Below, piece by piece: positions 26,540-46,800 of a DNA stretch of 64,000 bases. The translations under genes were made by a program, and so were the position numbers. Positions within the stretch are counted from its first letter, which is position 1. Each line of letters starts with the position of its first letter. The stretch comes from Gordius albopunctatus (lineage: Eukaryota). The notes beneath the pieces were generated by a model that saw nothing but the letters and a program-made list of their open reading frames with translations, did not search any database and was not told the DNA's origin. The DNA lies in contig OZ193909.1 of NCBI GenBank assembly GCA_964276515.1, positions 6,076,001-6,140,000 of the forward strand, in the 5' to 3' direction.

Positions 26540-26810
26540 TCTTCTTCTTTATCAATTATTGGATCACACAGTCGTGGGATTTGTTTTAATGAGTCTCTAA
26601 CCTTGACAGATTAGGTGCCATGTCTTGACTAATTTATTTTGTTTGGATAACTTTATCGACTTGCCCTTTTCACGTGACACGATGTCGTCCACTTCCTCTC
26701 CTACTCGCTACTTCCATGTCCAGTACTTTTAGATTTACATCATTCGTCTCCCTTCTTAGTATATACCCATACCACCTTAGCCGATATTCGTTAATCATAT
26801 CCGTCATAAT
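26540..26810 (-). mobile_element. 5'-truncated RTE 3' fragment
   Basis: The reverse complement matches ~23095-23366 (cggctaaggtggtatgg, gagaggaag.ggacgac, cacgtgaaagggcaagtcgataaagtta), with a (CTT)n tail at 26541. Confidence 0.8.
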
Positions 26811-27190
26811 TGAATTGAAATATTTTAAATATATACTAATATTTGTTTACTTACACTTTTAATTCCCAATAAATAAATAATAATAATGGCACTATCTCAT
26901 TATATATAATTTTAACAGCGCCGGGATTGATATCGCGCTAATGGGGTAAAAGTTACGAAGAAATAATTAAAAACAAAAATCGAACGAAACGATTCTCCCT
27001 GAATCTCGTTAGTGTGATTCATACACGAGAAAATGATCATCTGCGCTAACAAGCGGCATTTACAAACGCATCATATAATATATTAAGCGATTGAGAGAAA
27101 GGGGAGGGGGGAGGGAAGATTGGGTAATTGTAGTGTTGTGCATAGTATCCACAAAAATATTGAGCTTGATAAAGAGAGGCATGCTTTAAA

Positions 27191-27800
27191 TTTTTTTTGG
27201 TTTATTGGTATAAATTGGATCATAATAATATTAGTTTTAATTACTATTAATGTGTGGTCAACTTCTTAAGATAATTTTACATCTTTTTAAAGAAAGTTCT
27301 TGTTAAAAGACAAAGTCTATAATAATATATAAAAAAGCGTTATATGAGTAATAAGTCTTTATCTTCCTCATTTACAAAAAACCAGGAATCATAAAAAGAT
27401 TTGCAATGAAATTTTGCTATTAAAATTGCTATTGATTGTAAAATTGTGGGAATTTCTTTGAATAAAGCCAACGCCATTTTTTCATAAGATCCTGAACAGG
27501 AGGAAACTATTGGGATAAAATTACTAGTCTTCAAGAGGGTCTTGCATTTTTTGAGCTTGTGATCTTTGGCGAGTGCCAAGGAGTAATGTAATGGGCGCGC
27601 CAGGGGGTCTGCTAGAGTGTTATTAAGGTGTGCATTAAATAGACACACCCAGATTGAATGTCTTCACCCAAATTGATGTTTTCTTTTGAAGACATTCAGT
27701 GTGGGTTTGGTGCAAAACGACCATTAGTATAATCTTTGTCATAGAGACTTGGATGTGGTATTTATTATATGCTTAGGGTGTGATGTATTGCATGACAATT
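27191..27800 (-). mobile_element. Degenerate CRE-clade (restriction-like endonuclease) non-LTR 3' fragment
   Basis: ORF 27340-27648 (AKDHKLKK..NFIPIVSSCSGSYEKMALA..IAILIAKFHCKSFYDSW) aligns by eye with the C-terminus of the element at 53272-54233 (AEDRKTLKY..IFIPIVTSCSATFGKKALA..IGILIAKYNYKSLSDTW). Minus-strand AATAAA (27201-27206) and A8 tail (27191-27198). The 5' boundary is approximate. Confidence 0.65.
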
Positions 27801-28328
27801 GAGTTGCTTCCCTTATAAGAAAATCGCGCGGGATACGAGGAAACAGCGGGCCCTAGATCAATAATTGGCTTTGAAAAGTGGGCTGAGGATGTAAGAAGGT
27901 TACCGAAAAGCTAGTCTGAGATCTGAATGGCAATAAATAAAGAGTTGGTAGGGGATTAAAGCAAAGATGGAGCGAATCCTTGGAATTGACAGGCTATAAA
28001 TAAAGAATTGGGCGGAGAAAGATAGACGAGAACTAAAACTGTCATCAGAAAATTCCAAAATCCTATAAAGTCAAGGGTAATCAATCAAAAGTTGGCGCAG
28101 AAAGATAGGCCGAATAAACGAAATGAATTTCAAGGATGGGAAACGAGACAGAAAATATGGCTTATAAAGCCCTCGGTAATTAATGAAAATAAGAACGTTT
28201 TTCCCAGACGTTTCTCAAGAACTTTTTTTTCTCAATATTCTCCCGAGAATCAGTTTTCTGGAACCCGCACCACCTAACCCTTACGCTTATAAACCTAGTA
28301 TATTCCCCCAAAACCTTCCCCCGTTTAG

Positions 28329-28924
28329 TATGTATGTATGTATGTATGTATGTATGTATGTATGTATGTATGTATGTATGTATGTATGTATGTATGTATG
28401 TATGTATGTATGTATGTATGTATGTATGTATGTATGTATGTATGTATGTATGTATGTATGTATGTATGTATGTATGTATGTATGTATGTATGTATGTATG
28501 TATGTATGTATGTATGTATGTATGTATGTATGTATGTATGTATGTATGTATGTATGTATGTATGTATGTATGTATGTATGTATGTATGTATGTATGTATG
28601 TATGTATGTATGTATGTATGTATGTATGTATGTATGTATGTATGTATGTATGTATGTATGTATGTATGTATGTATGTATGTATGTATGTATGTATGTATG
28701 TATGTATGTATGTATGTATGTATGTATGTATGTATGTATGTATGTATGTATGTATGTATGTATGTATGTATGTATGTATGTATGTATGTATGTATGTATG
28801 TATGTATGTATGTATGTATGTATGTATGTATGTATGTATGTATGTATGTATGTATGTATGTATGTATGTATGTATGTATGTATGTATGTATGTATGTATG
28901 TATGTATGTATGTATGTATGTATG
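28329..28924. repeat. Perfect (TATG)n microsatellite, 596 nt, 149 units
   Basis: Uninterrupted TATG array; it explains the MYVC/HTYI ORFs. Confidence 0.99.
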
Positions 28925-29779
28925 CAAGGGCTAAATTCTGAAACTACCGGCCCGATTCGCGCGAACATTTAACCGTAGATGCCCAAGGCGGCCAGAGGTA
29001 AAATAGCTTTTTCAGAATCCTAAAATTCCTTTTAGTTTTAAAAATATGGGCCTTTAACTTTTAAAAAATGGCTTAATTCTAAAACTACCTACCCGATTCG
29101 CACGAAAATTTAGCCGTAGTTGCCCAGGGATGCCAGGGGTAAATTAGCTTTTTCAGATTTCTAAAATACCTTTCTGTTTTAAAAATATCGGAAATTTCCC
29201 GGCCAGTTTCATTTATAGCATCATATACAAGAATGACGTCATACATACAAGGCTGAAGTTTTCTCGAATTAGATATTTAAAACTATAATAAAAATGTTAC
29301 AGTACACGGTCAAAATTATTGGGGTTTAACAAACTATTTAATTTAGATAAATCATATTTAAATTATTATTATCACGTGGTCGATTATAGAAGCATATTTT
29401 TAATAATTATCCATCCTTCAATTTATTGTTTTATTATATTAAAGAAAATTTTATTTCAAATAAATCAGCTAACTAGAAAAATAAAATAATGGTATTATTG
29501 TATAATAAGTAACAGCATTGATCAGCAATTTTTTCAAAAGCATTTAATTTTAGTCGGATTTGATGACTAAAACAGAATTCGCATTTGGTTTGTCTTATTA
29601 TATATATTATATACTAAAAATAGTGGGTTCATAAAATCCATGACGTGATAAAATTCGTGCTCTAAATAAATATTATGGGTATTTTATTTATTTGAATTAT
29701 CATTTCATCTTATTAATAGGTTATACTTATTTAATCACTTAAGGACTGAGCCAAAGCAACGCTGGCCGGGCACAGCTGG
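28925..29779 (+). mobile_element. Non-autonomous Helitron-like element body following the TATG array
   Basis: The module aagggctaaattctgaaactac..cccgattcgcgcgaa recurs at ~29070, ~29824 and ~49689. The 3' end is GC-rich gcaacgctggccgggcacag followed by CTGG|T (CTRR). Confidence 0.55.
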
Positions 29780-32070
29780 TATATATAATATAAAGTAAAG
29801 TGTATGTATATATGTATGTATGTAAGGGCTAAATTCTGAAACTAGCGCCCCGATTCGCGCGAAACTTTACACGTAGGTTCCCAGGGCGGCCAGGGGTAAA
29901 ATAGCTTTTTCAGATTCCTAAAATTCCTTTTATTTTTCGAGATATTGGGTTTTATACGTTTTTACGCTTAATAAAATGTGAATCAAACGCAACCTCATCG
30001 TGTTCTTTGCAAATTTGAAATTTTGTTCTTGTTAATACCATTGATAATATGACTTTTTGACCGTCCGCAGGCTACTGACCAATGAAAAAAATGACCACTG
30101 GCCAAATAAATCGAAATTTTTTTTTCCGTTTTTTTTGACTCTTATGATTGTTCCTGTTAATACCATTGATAATATGACTTTTTGGCCGTCCGCTGGCTAC
30201 TGACCAATGGGAAAAATAACCATTGACCAAAATGTGAATTGAAATTTTTTTCGTTTTTTTTGACTCGCATGTATTTCTAGACCGTCTCTGGGTACTGACC
30301 AATGAAAAAAATGACCATGGGCCAAAATGTGATTCGAAATTTTTTTTTCGTTTTTTGACTCGTATGTATTTATAGACCGTCTCTTGGTACTGACCATAAA
30401 ATAATTTTTTAATTTAAACTTATTTAAGATTTCGAATCTTCTAGAAAGATAATCCTTTCACGCTATTTATATTAAATTCATTTAGCACTTCTAGCTTAAG
30501 CTTAGTTTTTACTGTAAATTCACAAATAGCGACTAAATAAATTCTCTATATTTTTTCCCCTTAAATATCAAAGCCAAAACAAATATTACGCCAAAATAAA
30601 GTAAATAAAAATTAAAGAAAAGCCTATTAAGTCCGAATACTCTTGAGGTGCCCGCCTGACCATATACAAGCTGTCGACAAGGCTCGGGGTTTTTTGTGAG
30701 TCAAGGACGGCAATCGTATTTAACAAACATCTGTTACATAACTAATCCGACCAAATATTTATATTGAATTCATGTTGAATTATTTAATTACATTTACCTT
30801 TAAATATTATAAATAATTTTGCTAGCTAAAAAAATATGGTGGTTAAAATAAATATATATTGCAGCCATTACATGCTTGAAAGCCTGATTAGAGCTTAATA
30901 AATATACAAGTAATATTTGCGCCAAACCAAGCTTATTTGCTGGGTGCGAGCGATATATACATTTAAACGTTACATTTGATTAATATTATATTTTTCATTA
31001 TAGATTTGAGAAATGATATTAATTCACTATATTAATGCTTAAAAATAACCTCGAGTCGCAAATTGCCGGGCGCCATGTTTATGGCGTATATTAACATTTA
31101 ATCCCTTTTCATTTTGTTATATAATTAAACGTTAACCTTATGAAGAAATAATTCTTTAAGTTTCTCATTATTCTATCTTCCATAGTGCATATTTATTAAG
31201 TCAATTAGATCACCATTTTGGGTGAGGTCTTTCAAAAATAAGGGACGAATTTTTTTTACTTATTAACAAAGATAAAGGCGATGAGGCTCCCAAAAAAATT
31301 TGTTCCGTTCGTGAAGCCCAGGTTTAAATTGCTACCCTTGGTTAAAAATGTCATAAACAAAGATGTTTTCAACGTTAAACTTTGGCAAGAATCTATGGCA
31401 AATCTTGAAGATGTTATTATATTATTAACTATTTGAAAAAAATGACCATTGGCCAAATTTGTGATTCGAAATTTTTTTTTTCGTTTTTTTTAAATTGGTT
31501 ACCATTGATATTTACCCTATGCCCGTCAGTCCAATTATTTTTCATTTAATACCCCCCTATAGAGATTCTCGCCCCTTCCCACCTTTCTCGCCCATAAATT
31601 GCATAGCAAATATGCTACTTTTATACGGAGTATAGAAGAGTTCCCCATTCCCCCCCTTCCCCTACTCCCATTGCCCCCTTCCCCTTACCACGAGGGCCGA
31701 AGGCCCGAGTTTATTATTATTTTTTTACTACAGATTAGTTGCAAATTTTATCACTTATACTCTGGCATGAAATTATAATTGTCTTATGCAAATGTCATTC
31801 ATTAGAAGGATAAATAAATTTTATAAAAGTTTTACATTTAAAATTAATTTAATTATTTTTTTATATTGTAACAAATTTGATTTATTATTGCGTTATGTTG
31901 TATTCGTACGCGTTGCACTGTATACGGAAATAGAACAATAGAAGTAGAACATATAGACATCCAACTTCATTTTTACTTCAATAACCACTTTATCATATAT
32001 GCCCTAAAATTCCAACATAATTTAATACATCCGGGTAAATGACAAAACAACGTTTGCCGGGTTCATCTAG
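29780..32070 (+). mobile_element. Composite Helitron-like element with nested repeats
   Basis: 5' atatataatataaag, a short TATG tract and the conserved module. 3' end AAAACAACGTTTGCCGGGTTCATCTAG|T. Contains a minisatellite and a GGGCCGAAGGCCC hairpin at ~31694. The interior may be several nested elements. Confidence 0.5.
30060..30400. repeat. Degenerate ~100-125-bp tandem repeat (ctactgaccaatg(a)n tgacca..ggccaaa..cgaaattttttt)
   Basis: Three to four units here, a partial unit at ~31435, and further units at 46110-46560. Confidence 0.75.
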
Positions 32071-32214
32071 TATGATTATAAAATAAAAAAATGTCAAAAA
32101 CTTTATCGCCCACTTTGACTGACATTCACGTTGATCCCTCATGTTGTAAATATATTTTTAAAAAACGATAGGCAATAAAATGTGGTTTTCATATTTTTTT
32201 TTCCTCTCGCCCCA

Positions 32215-32460
32215 AGTCAGGTCTACAAAAAAACCACCCTGCAATAAAACTTATAATTCTGATAGAGAAATTTGGGCTGAATATGTTTTATATTCAAAAG
32301 ATAAACGAGGTTGAAGGTACAAAAATGCCCATTTTACCCTTTTTTGAAACGGGAAGTTTTGGGAAAAAACTAAAATCAAATTTAATGGTCTGATAGCGGG
32401 ATTGAATCACAAAGTCAATATTTGTAGAGCTGTGTAGTTAATGCTCAAAAAGTTGACTTA
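32215..32460. repeat. Dispersed MITE-like repeat (family also at ~35028-35190 and ~60690-60945)
   Basis: Shared ggtctacaaaaaa..cctgcaat..ataattctgatagagaa and agataaacgaggttgaaggt.caaaaatgccca. Confidence 0.65.
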
Positions 32461-32724
32461 ACTACCTTATTTTAGTAGCATTGACTATTGCCTTACTGCT
32501 ACACGTTAAAGTAGGGACTAATTTGAATGCATTCAACATTTTTTTGAAATAAGTGACTATCTTTATAAAAAAATCAAACAATGAGGTACACAACAATATT
32601 TATTTATCAAAGAGGTTTCACAAATTTGTAATCACATGAGAGAGAAAGGTGAATTTATTGTGGATTTTGATAAAAGCGTAACGTGTCAGGATAAAGTGAA
32701 AATGTGATTTGCTAAAAGGGATAG

Positions 32725-40757
<8,033 letters not shown>

Positions 40758-43599
40758 TTTCAAATATTTTTAAAATCACTGTGATCCGATACATGTCATA
40801 TGCAATGCAGTTGCGATTGCGAATGATTCGCTAATGCTATAATTTTCGCGTTAATTTTAGACTGACAAAAAAGGATATATTTAATCTTAATCGTAGATAT
40901 TAAAAATCAATATTTTATCAGAATAATATCTATCACGTTTTGCCTATTACATCAAACAATCTTAAACTCCCTTAAAAACATACTTGTCAACTATATATAA
41001 TGTTTCATTTGAGGTAATAAATTTACATTATAATTTATAAATTACATGGGAGATTTGACCTCTTTTAAAGCACAATATTTTCTCGCTGTTCGGTGCACTA
41101 GGCAGAAAACTAGCATATAAAAATGCTCGAGGTCCGAGCAGAAACTCGAGCGGGTGGTAGCTGGAGTTGAAGAAAGTTAGCAATTTAACAACTCTAAGTG
41201 CGACGAACTATTTTTTTGCGTTACAAATACTGTTGAGGGTTGAAAGGTTGTGAAATTGTGTGTATGTAACGTTTGCTATTTAATTGTATAAATTTATTTT
41301 ATTTTTTTATGTTTCTCGCCTAGTTATAAAAGTTTTCAAACGTTCCATTTTTGTTATATCGAGTCGCGTGTGTTCTGGACAGGAAAAGAGCTGTGTAAAT
41401 TATGTTGCAATTCCTCCTTTCTAATAGAAAAATTGTCCTTCCTTCCTCAAAAAATACTATTACATAATTTTTAGTAACCAGTGTAACATTTTGTCCTATG
41501 TGCAACTTTGAATTAATAAAAATAACTAAGTCTAGGGTAGTGGGTGCACTTAGACTAAATAATTAATAATGGCGGCTAAAATATGAAAACATAGCTGCTA
41601 AAATAAGCACAAACTTGTCGATTCTACTACAGCCTTTTTTGTTCTTAGAAAAGTAGGGTCCAATTCACCTGTGGTCGCGGGCATCCTTAGCAGCTTTGTA
41701 GTTACGTACAGCCTAGCACACTTACTCCACTTAAATTTCAACCCAAAGTGGGTCTCCATAAATCGAAACTAGGCGGATTGGCGTTCTCGCACTTTGCTAC
41801 CCCCGGACCACTATTTAGTACCCTATTCCGACACGAATGTAACTTGCGAGGGGTTCTCTCTACCCGAATCTATAGAAGAGACAGATATCGACTTAGGGTT
41901 TTTGGAAAACGAATTCCCAGAGAAGGCAAACGAAGAAGATCAGATCCAAGTCGCAACGTGATCAGACCCTTCACTATTTAATTATGGTCGCAATCCAGAA
42001 GATCATTCGTCCACTTTTCTTGCGTGTTACTCGCTATTTACTTGCCACCTCTCGTTAGTCTATTAATTAGTTTTCATGCACCATATTCACACCGCTTTGT
42101 CGCACCCATCATTTTATTTATTTTTTCCTTATCTTAGGCGTTAATAAAAGCCTTTGGGGAAACAGTTGCATAGCCAGGGGAATCCGGGGTTGAAAAGGGG
42201 AAACCTTTTTCCTCTCGTGATGTAATTTTGCGTACTTGTCTCATCAGAGGTATATATCTTCCTGTAATATACGAATCATTGACCCCGATCCTAAAGGATC
42301 GTTTAATTAGAGGCAGACGATTTTATCCGGTAGTTCAACAACCAAGTCGTCTGCGATTTATTGGAAGCTGCGATATGCAGATATAAACTCTTGACCTTGC
42401 CCTTCCCGCCCCCACCCCTCCCTCTACCACAATATAAAAGGAACAAGAAGGCGTTCTACACACATAATTTAATTATCGTCTTAAAAACCCAAAAAATTCT
42501 CCCAATTTCCCTCCCCCCCCCCCCTTCGTTTAATAACCTCGCGTCAAAAACTTTTCCACATATTTCTTGCCCTCGCTTCTTATATTTACGCTAATTAATT
42601 CAACAATATATCTTCGTGCGTTACATTAAATAAAATAAACTTAATCATATTTTCGTCTAAATATATAATTCTTCCCTTAAGCTATTATTAGCAAACTTAA
42701 CTTTAGAAAGCTTTAAGATATGATAAGTATAAGTTAAAATGTAATGTAAAATTGTAATCCTAAGCGCAACCTTAAGAATTAATTAAATTTAAGCTAGGTG
42801 TGTCTAAACCCTTTAACTGGTTGATAATTTTAACCAGATGATCTTCGAATCAATATTTCAATACATATCTAGAGCGTTGTTTTAATTGATTTTACTATTA
42901 GAAAAGGGATAAGATAAATCAGTAATAGCTCAAAAATCGTTATTTTATTAAATTAATTTGTATTTGTCATTCAATTTACAGATATAAATATTGCCAAATA
43001 CATTATTTATATAGTCATTGGTTCTAACGCTCATTAGATAACCTTAAAAACCTCTAAATTTACTTTATTAGCTTTCTCCCAGTTTACAATTTATAGTTTT
43101 TCAATTGGATTTAATCTTGATCAGTATCCTTTTATTTTCCCAATAAATTATAACTCTATTTTTAAAATTAAATTCGATACATGTGAAGGGAGGCAAATAA
43201 CAATAATTTTTTATTACCGAAACATTTTACAAATATATATGTAAATCCTTCCCCCAAACATTAAAGTGTCGGAACCAAGCTCCCTAGAGAATTAAATAGT
43301 GTGTCTCACTGCCTCTATATATGACAAGCATATTTCTCCTAATATTGGTACATCAATAGTTTTATTTTTCATATTAATTTACACGAACGAAAAATAAATC
43401 TCATGGAGTAGGAGCGTCAATTCACAATTTTACATATATTCAATAATTCCCATTGATACACCCAAACATACATTCATTTACTTATTTTTGGAAATTGTGA
43501 TTACTCGTAGTATCTATTATGTCTTTTATTGGAGCTATAAATTTCGCTTAAATCGATATCCAGGACATAACATAATTTATGAGACAATTTAATTTCACA

Positions 43600-43730
43600 A
43601 AATTCCTCTCGCTCGCGCCTCCTCGCTCCGTGCTCGGTTGCGTGTGCTTTACCAGCGCGAACTACATCAAACAATATTCGTTGGTCATAAACACATCGCG
43701 GCGCAATCAGTATTAAAATGGGGCGGGCAT
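43600..43730 (+). promoter_or_regulatory. Candidate core promoter of the Ly6-like gene
   Basis: Local CpG/GC-rich patch in AT-rich DNA. Inr-like TCAGT at 43707-43711 and GC box GGGCGG at 43721, 60-130 nt upstream of the ATGs at 43791/43833. Confidence 0.3.
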
Positions 43731-43832
43731 AAAATTATTCATCTAAATCGCAGCAAATTTTCCAATAATTGACGTTGTTCACGAACATTAATGTATGTAG
43801 AGCCAAAAGCTAGTTCTGCCGCTAAAATTTCC

Positions 43833-46800
43833 ATGAAAATTTCCTCCTTTAACGTTGCAATTTTGCTTAATTTCATGCTTAGCCTGTCTCGCGTTTATAC
43901 CACATCTTACTACGTACAGCCCACGAAGCCGACCAAACTTTTGGAATGTTATTCTTGTGGGACGTACCCTGGTTGGAAACCTAGCCTTTTGGCCCAAGTG
44001 TTAAGGATCGCTCGGGCTGAAGAATCACATCACTTTCTCCAAAATGATTCTTTGAAAATTATAAATGGAGGAGGGAGTGCCATTTGTAGTTTGGACGAAG
44101 TCGAAAAGTCACAAAGTTGGACTAGGAAAAGGAGGAGAAGGGATATTAATAATTATCCCGCCACAGATACTACCGCTTGTGTGGGGCATTGTGCCGTAAG
44201 TCATGATTTGATCGATTTGTTTCAAATTTGATTTTTGTGACAATTTTAATTTTTATAGCTAGTTAGACCAAATGTGCATGGACGTCTGTACTTTATTAAT
44301 TTGGGCGTGGAAGGGGGGGGGGAGGTTTTAATGATTTACTGTGGGGCAAATTTTTGGGTTTCTGAATTTTCATAAAGTCCAATATTTGAAATACTCGGAT
44401 TAAAGTGTCTTTTTCCCCTGACTAGGCCCGTGAAAATTTAAAAAAATCTGTGCTATTGTAGTGGATTCAAAATTCCATTAGTAAACACCATATCATATCC
44501 TCTCAATTTTCTGATTTTATATTTTTAAAGGAAAAAAATAAGATTTTGACCGCACAAACTGGCCCAATATATCCTTAATAAGATATCTAATGGTTCGATT
44601 GGACACGACTTAAAACTTCAGGTGATATATGTCCTAACAAGATAATACATTTTTTCGTGTTTATTTTGCAATTGCAAAAATCTAATTTTCAGATTTTTTG
44701 AGTAATATCGACTGTTGGTGTAGAATCCTTTTCTGGAAATTCAACTAATTGAGCATTTAAAGTATGGGGGAACAGCTGCCTCTGCTCCATTAGTGACACC
44801 CAGGTTAAATGAAAATATAATTAATTTGAAGCCTGATAAACTTACCTGATGTACAATTATACATTTAAAATTATACCCAAGTTTATAATCTATTTTTGTA
44901 GAAAATTTATTTAAAGATAAACAAGATTAAAGCATATTTTTAGGAACTCAACTTTTAATAAATTATTTGAAAGAATTTTTATTATAAAATTAACTTGGTA
45001 CCTTCAACAAAACTTTAAGAAATAGTCCTTACTCTAAATAAGTTGCTAGGTAGATAATTGATAGCGGTTTGTCACCAAAGTGTTACCTTAATTATGTTTT
45101 CAAATTAGCACTTTATCGATCAATATATTTCAATAAAATGATCGTCATAGTGGAAATGGCGAAAAATTTAATGGCTCCCCAATAAAGTAAGCTGGAATTT
45201 TAATGTTATTTTAAAACATTTAAATAAATTTTAGACATGTTTAAAAATTTATGGACATCGTACGAATGACCCTTTCAAATTTGCTTAATCGGTACTATCC
45301 ATGCAAAATTTGTTTGATAATAAATATGACAAATCGATCCGCAAGATATAACAAGTTAACTGGTCACGTACGTGTTGACTATATTATTTAACCAAATGAT
45401 TAAATACATTAAATTTTAATTGGTGAGGCTAGGGATCTGCATTCTTACTACTTCTGGCCGGGTGTGACCCAACGAAAACTCCGACCCCATCCATTGTTTA
45501 CAACTATTTTCTATTTAAAAAGTAAAATACACGCAATTTTTAAATAGTAACACCAGGAAATTTAAAATTTTTTCGTCACTACTTGAAATGTTTTAATTGC
45601 TATGCAATTTATGGGCTCGTTCTTCGTTGTCGTGTCGTGAGTGAGTGTCGTGAGTGTCCTGTCCAACTTGTAATTTTTGCATAATTGCCGTGGAAATTTA
45701 TTAGAATTTTCAATGGCTGTGGACTTATGCTTCTGTAAATGACTTTTATTTTGCTTTCGCAAATACACTAGCTCATGAAGACCCTCTGGTTGGCTTTAAT
45801 CTTTTGACGTCGCCTCAGCCCCAATTCCATTATTGTTTATGGGCCGACGGATTAACTTTATACATAAATTTATTATTGCAACTTGTCTAGGTTGTTGCTA
45901 TATATCGGATGTTTGTAGAACTGGCTAAATAATTCCCGGCAAATTAATGATGACCGTCGTTTACTACTACTTTATCTGACCCCGGCCAAAATTCTTAATT
46001 TAGTTAATTGCTATCTCAATTGTATATTTCCTGCTTTCTTAATTTCTTTTTTTCTTTTTGTTATCAACCTAAATTTTGCATTGATAATTTATTTAGGCTC
46101 TTTGGCCGTCTGCTGGCTACTGACCAATGGAAAAAAAATGACCACCGACCAAAGTGTGATTGGAAATTTTTTTCGTTTATTTAATATTTGACCCTTATGT
46201 ATTTATACGCTTCTTCACCTGCTGACTGCTGACCATTAGAAAAAAATGACCACTGGCCAAAGTGTAAATCGAAATTTTTTTCTATATAATAATTATAGGC
46301 TATATGGCCAGCTACTGAACAATTAAAAAAAGGACCACTGGTCAAATTGGGATTGGAAATTATTTTCGTTTTTTTAATATTTGTCCCTTCTGTATTTATA
46401 CGATTTATGACCGTCTGCTAACTGCTGACCAATAGAAAAAAATGACCACCGACCAAAGTGTGAATCGAAAAGCTTGCTAAAAATGACCACCGGCCATAGT
46501 TTGATTGGAAATTTTTTTCGTTTTTTTAATATTTGTCCCTTCTGTATTTATACTATTTTTGACCGTCTCTCCCCTATCCATAGGCATTCTCACCCCTTCT
46601 CACCTATCTTGCCCATAAATTGCATAGCAAATGTACTACGTTTATACGGGGTATAGATAACTTTTGGAAAAACAATACCCCAAAATAGGCGAATGTACCA
46701 AAACGAAAAAACGAACCATAAGTCGGACCAGGCGCGAAGCCCCTAGTTTTTATATTATTTTCAATAATAATATATTAACTTTAAAATTAATTAGTTATCT

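Noticed and set aside
28180..28972. Five 198-262-aa ORFs of MYVC/HTYI repeats
   Set aside because: Artefacts of the stop-free (TATG)n microsatellite.
30060..30400. Repeat-spacer-like periodicity suggesting a CRISPR array (also 46110-46560)
   Set aside because: The units are homologous along their whole length (minisatellite), the context is eukaryotic and there are no cas genes.
42205..42260. Minus-strand CUGAUGA-GACAAGUAC-GCAAA resembling a hammerhead ribozyme core
   Set aside because: The GAAA box is not intact and no convincing stems I/III were found.
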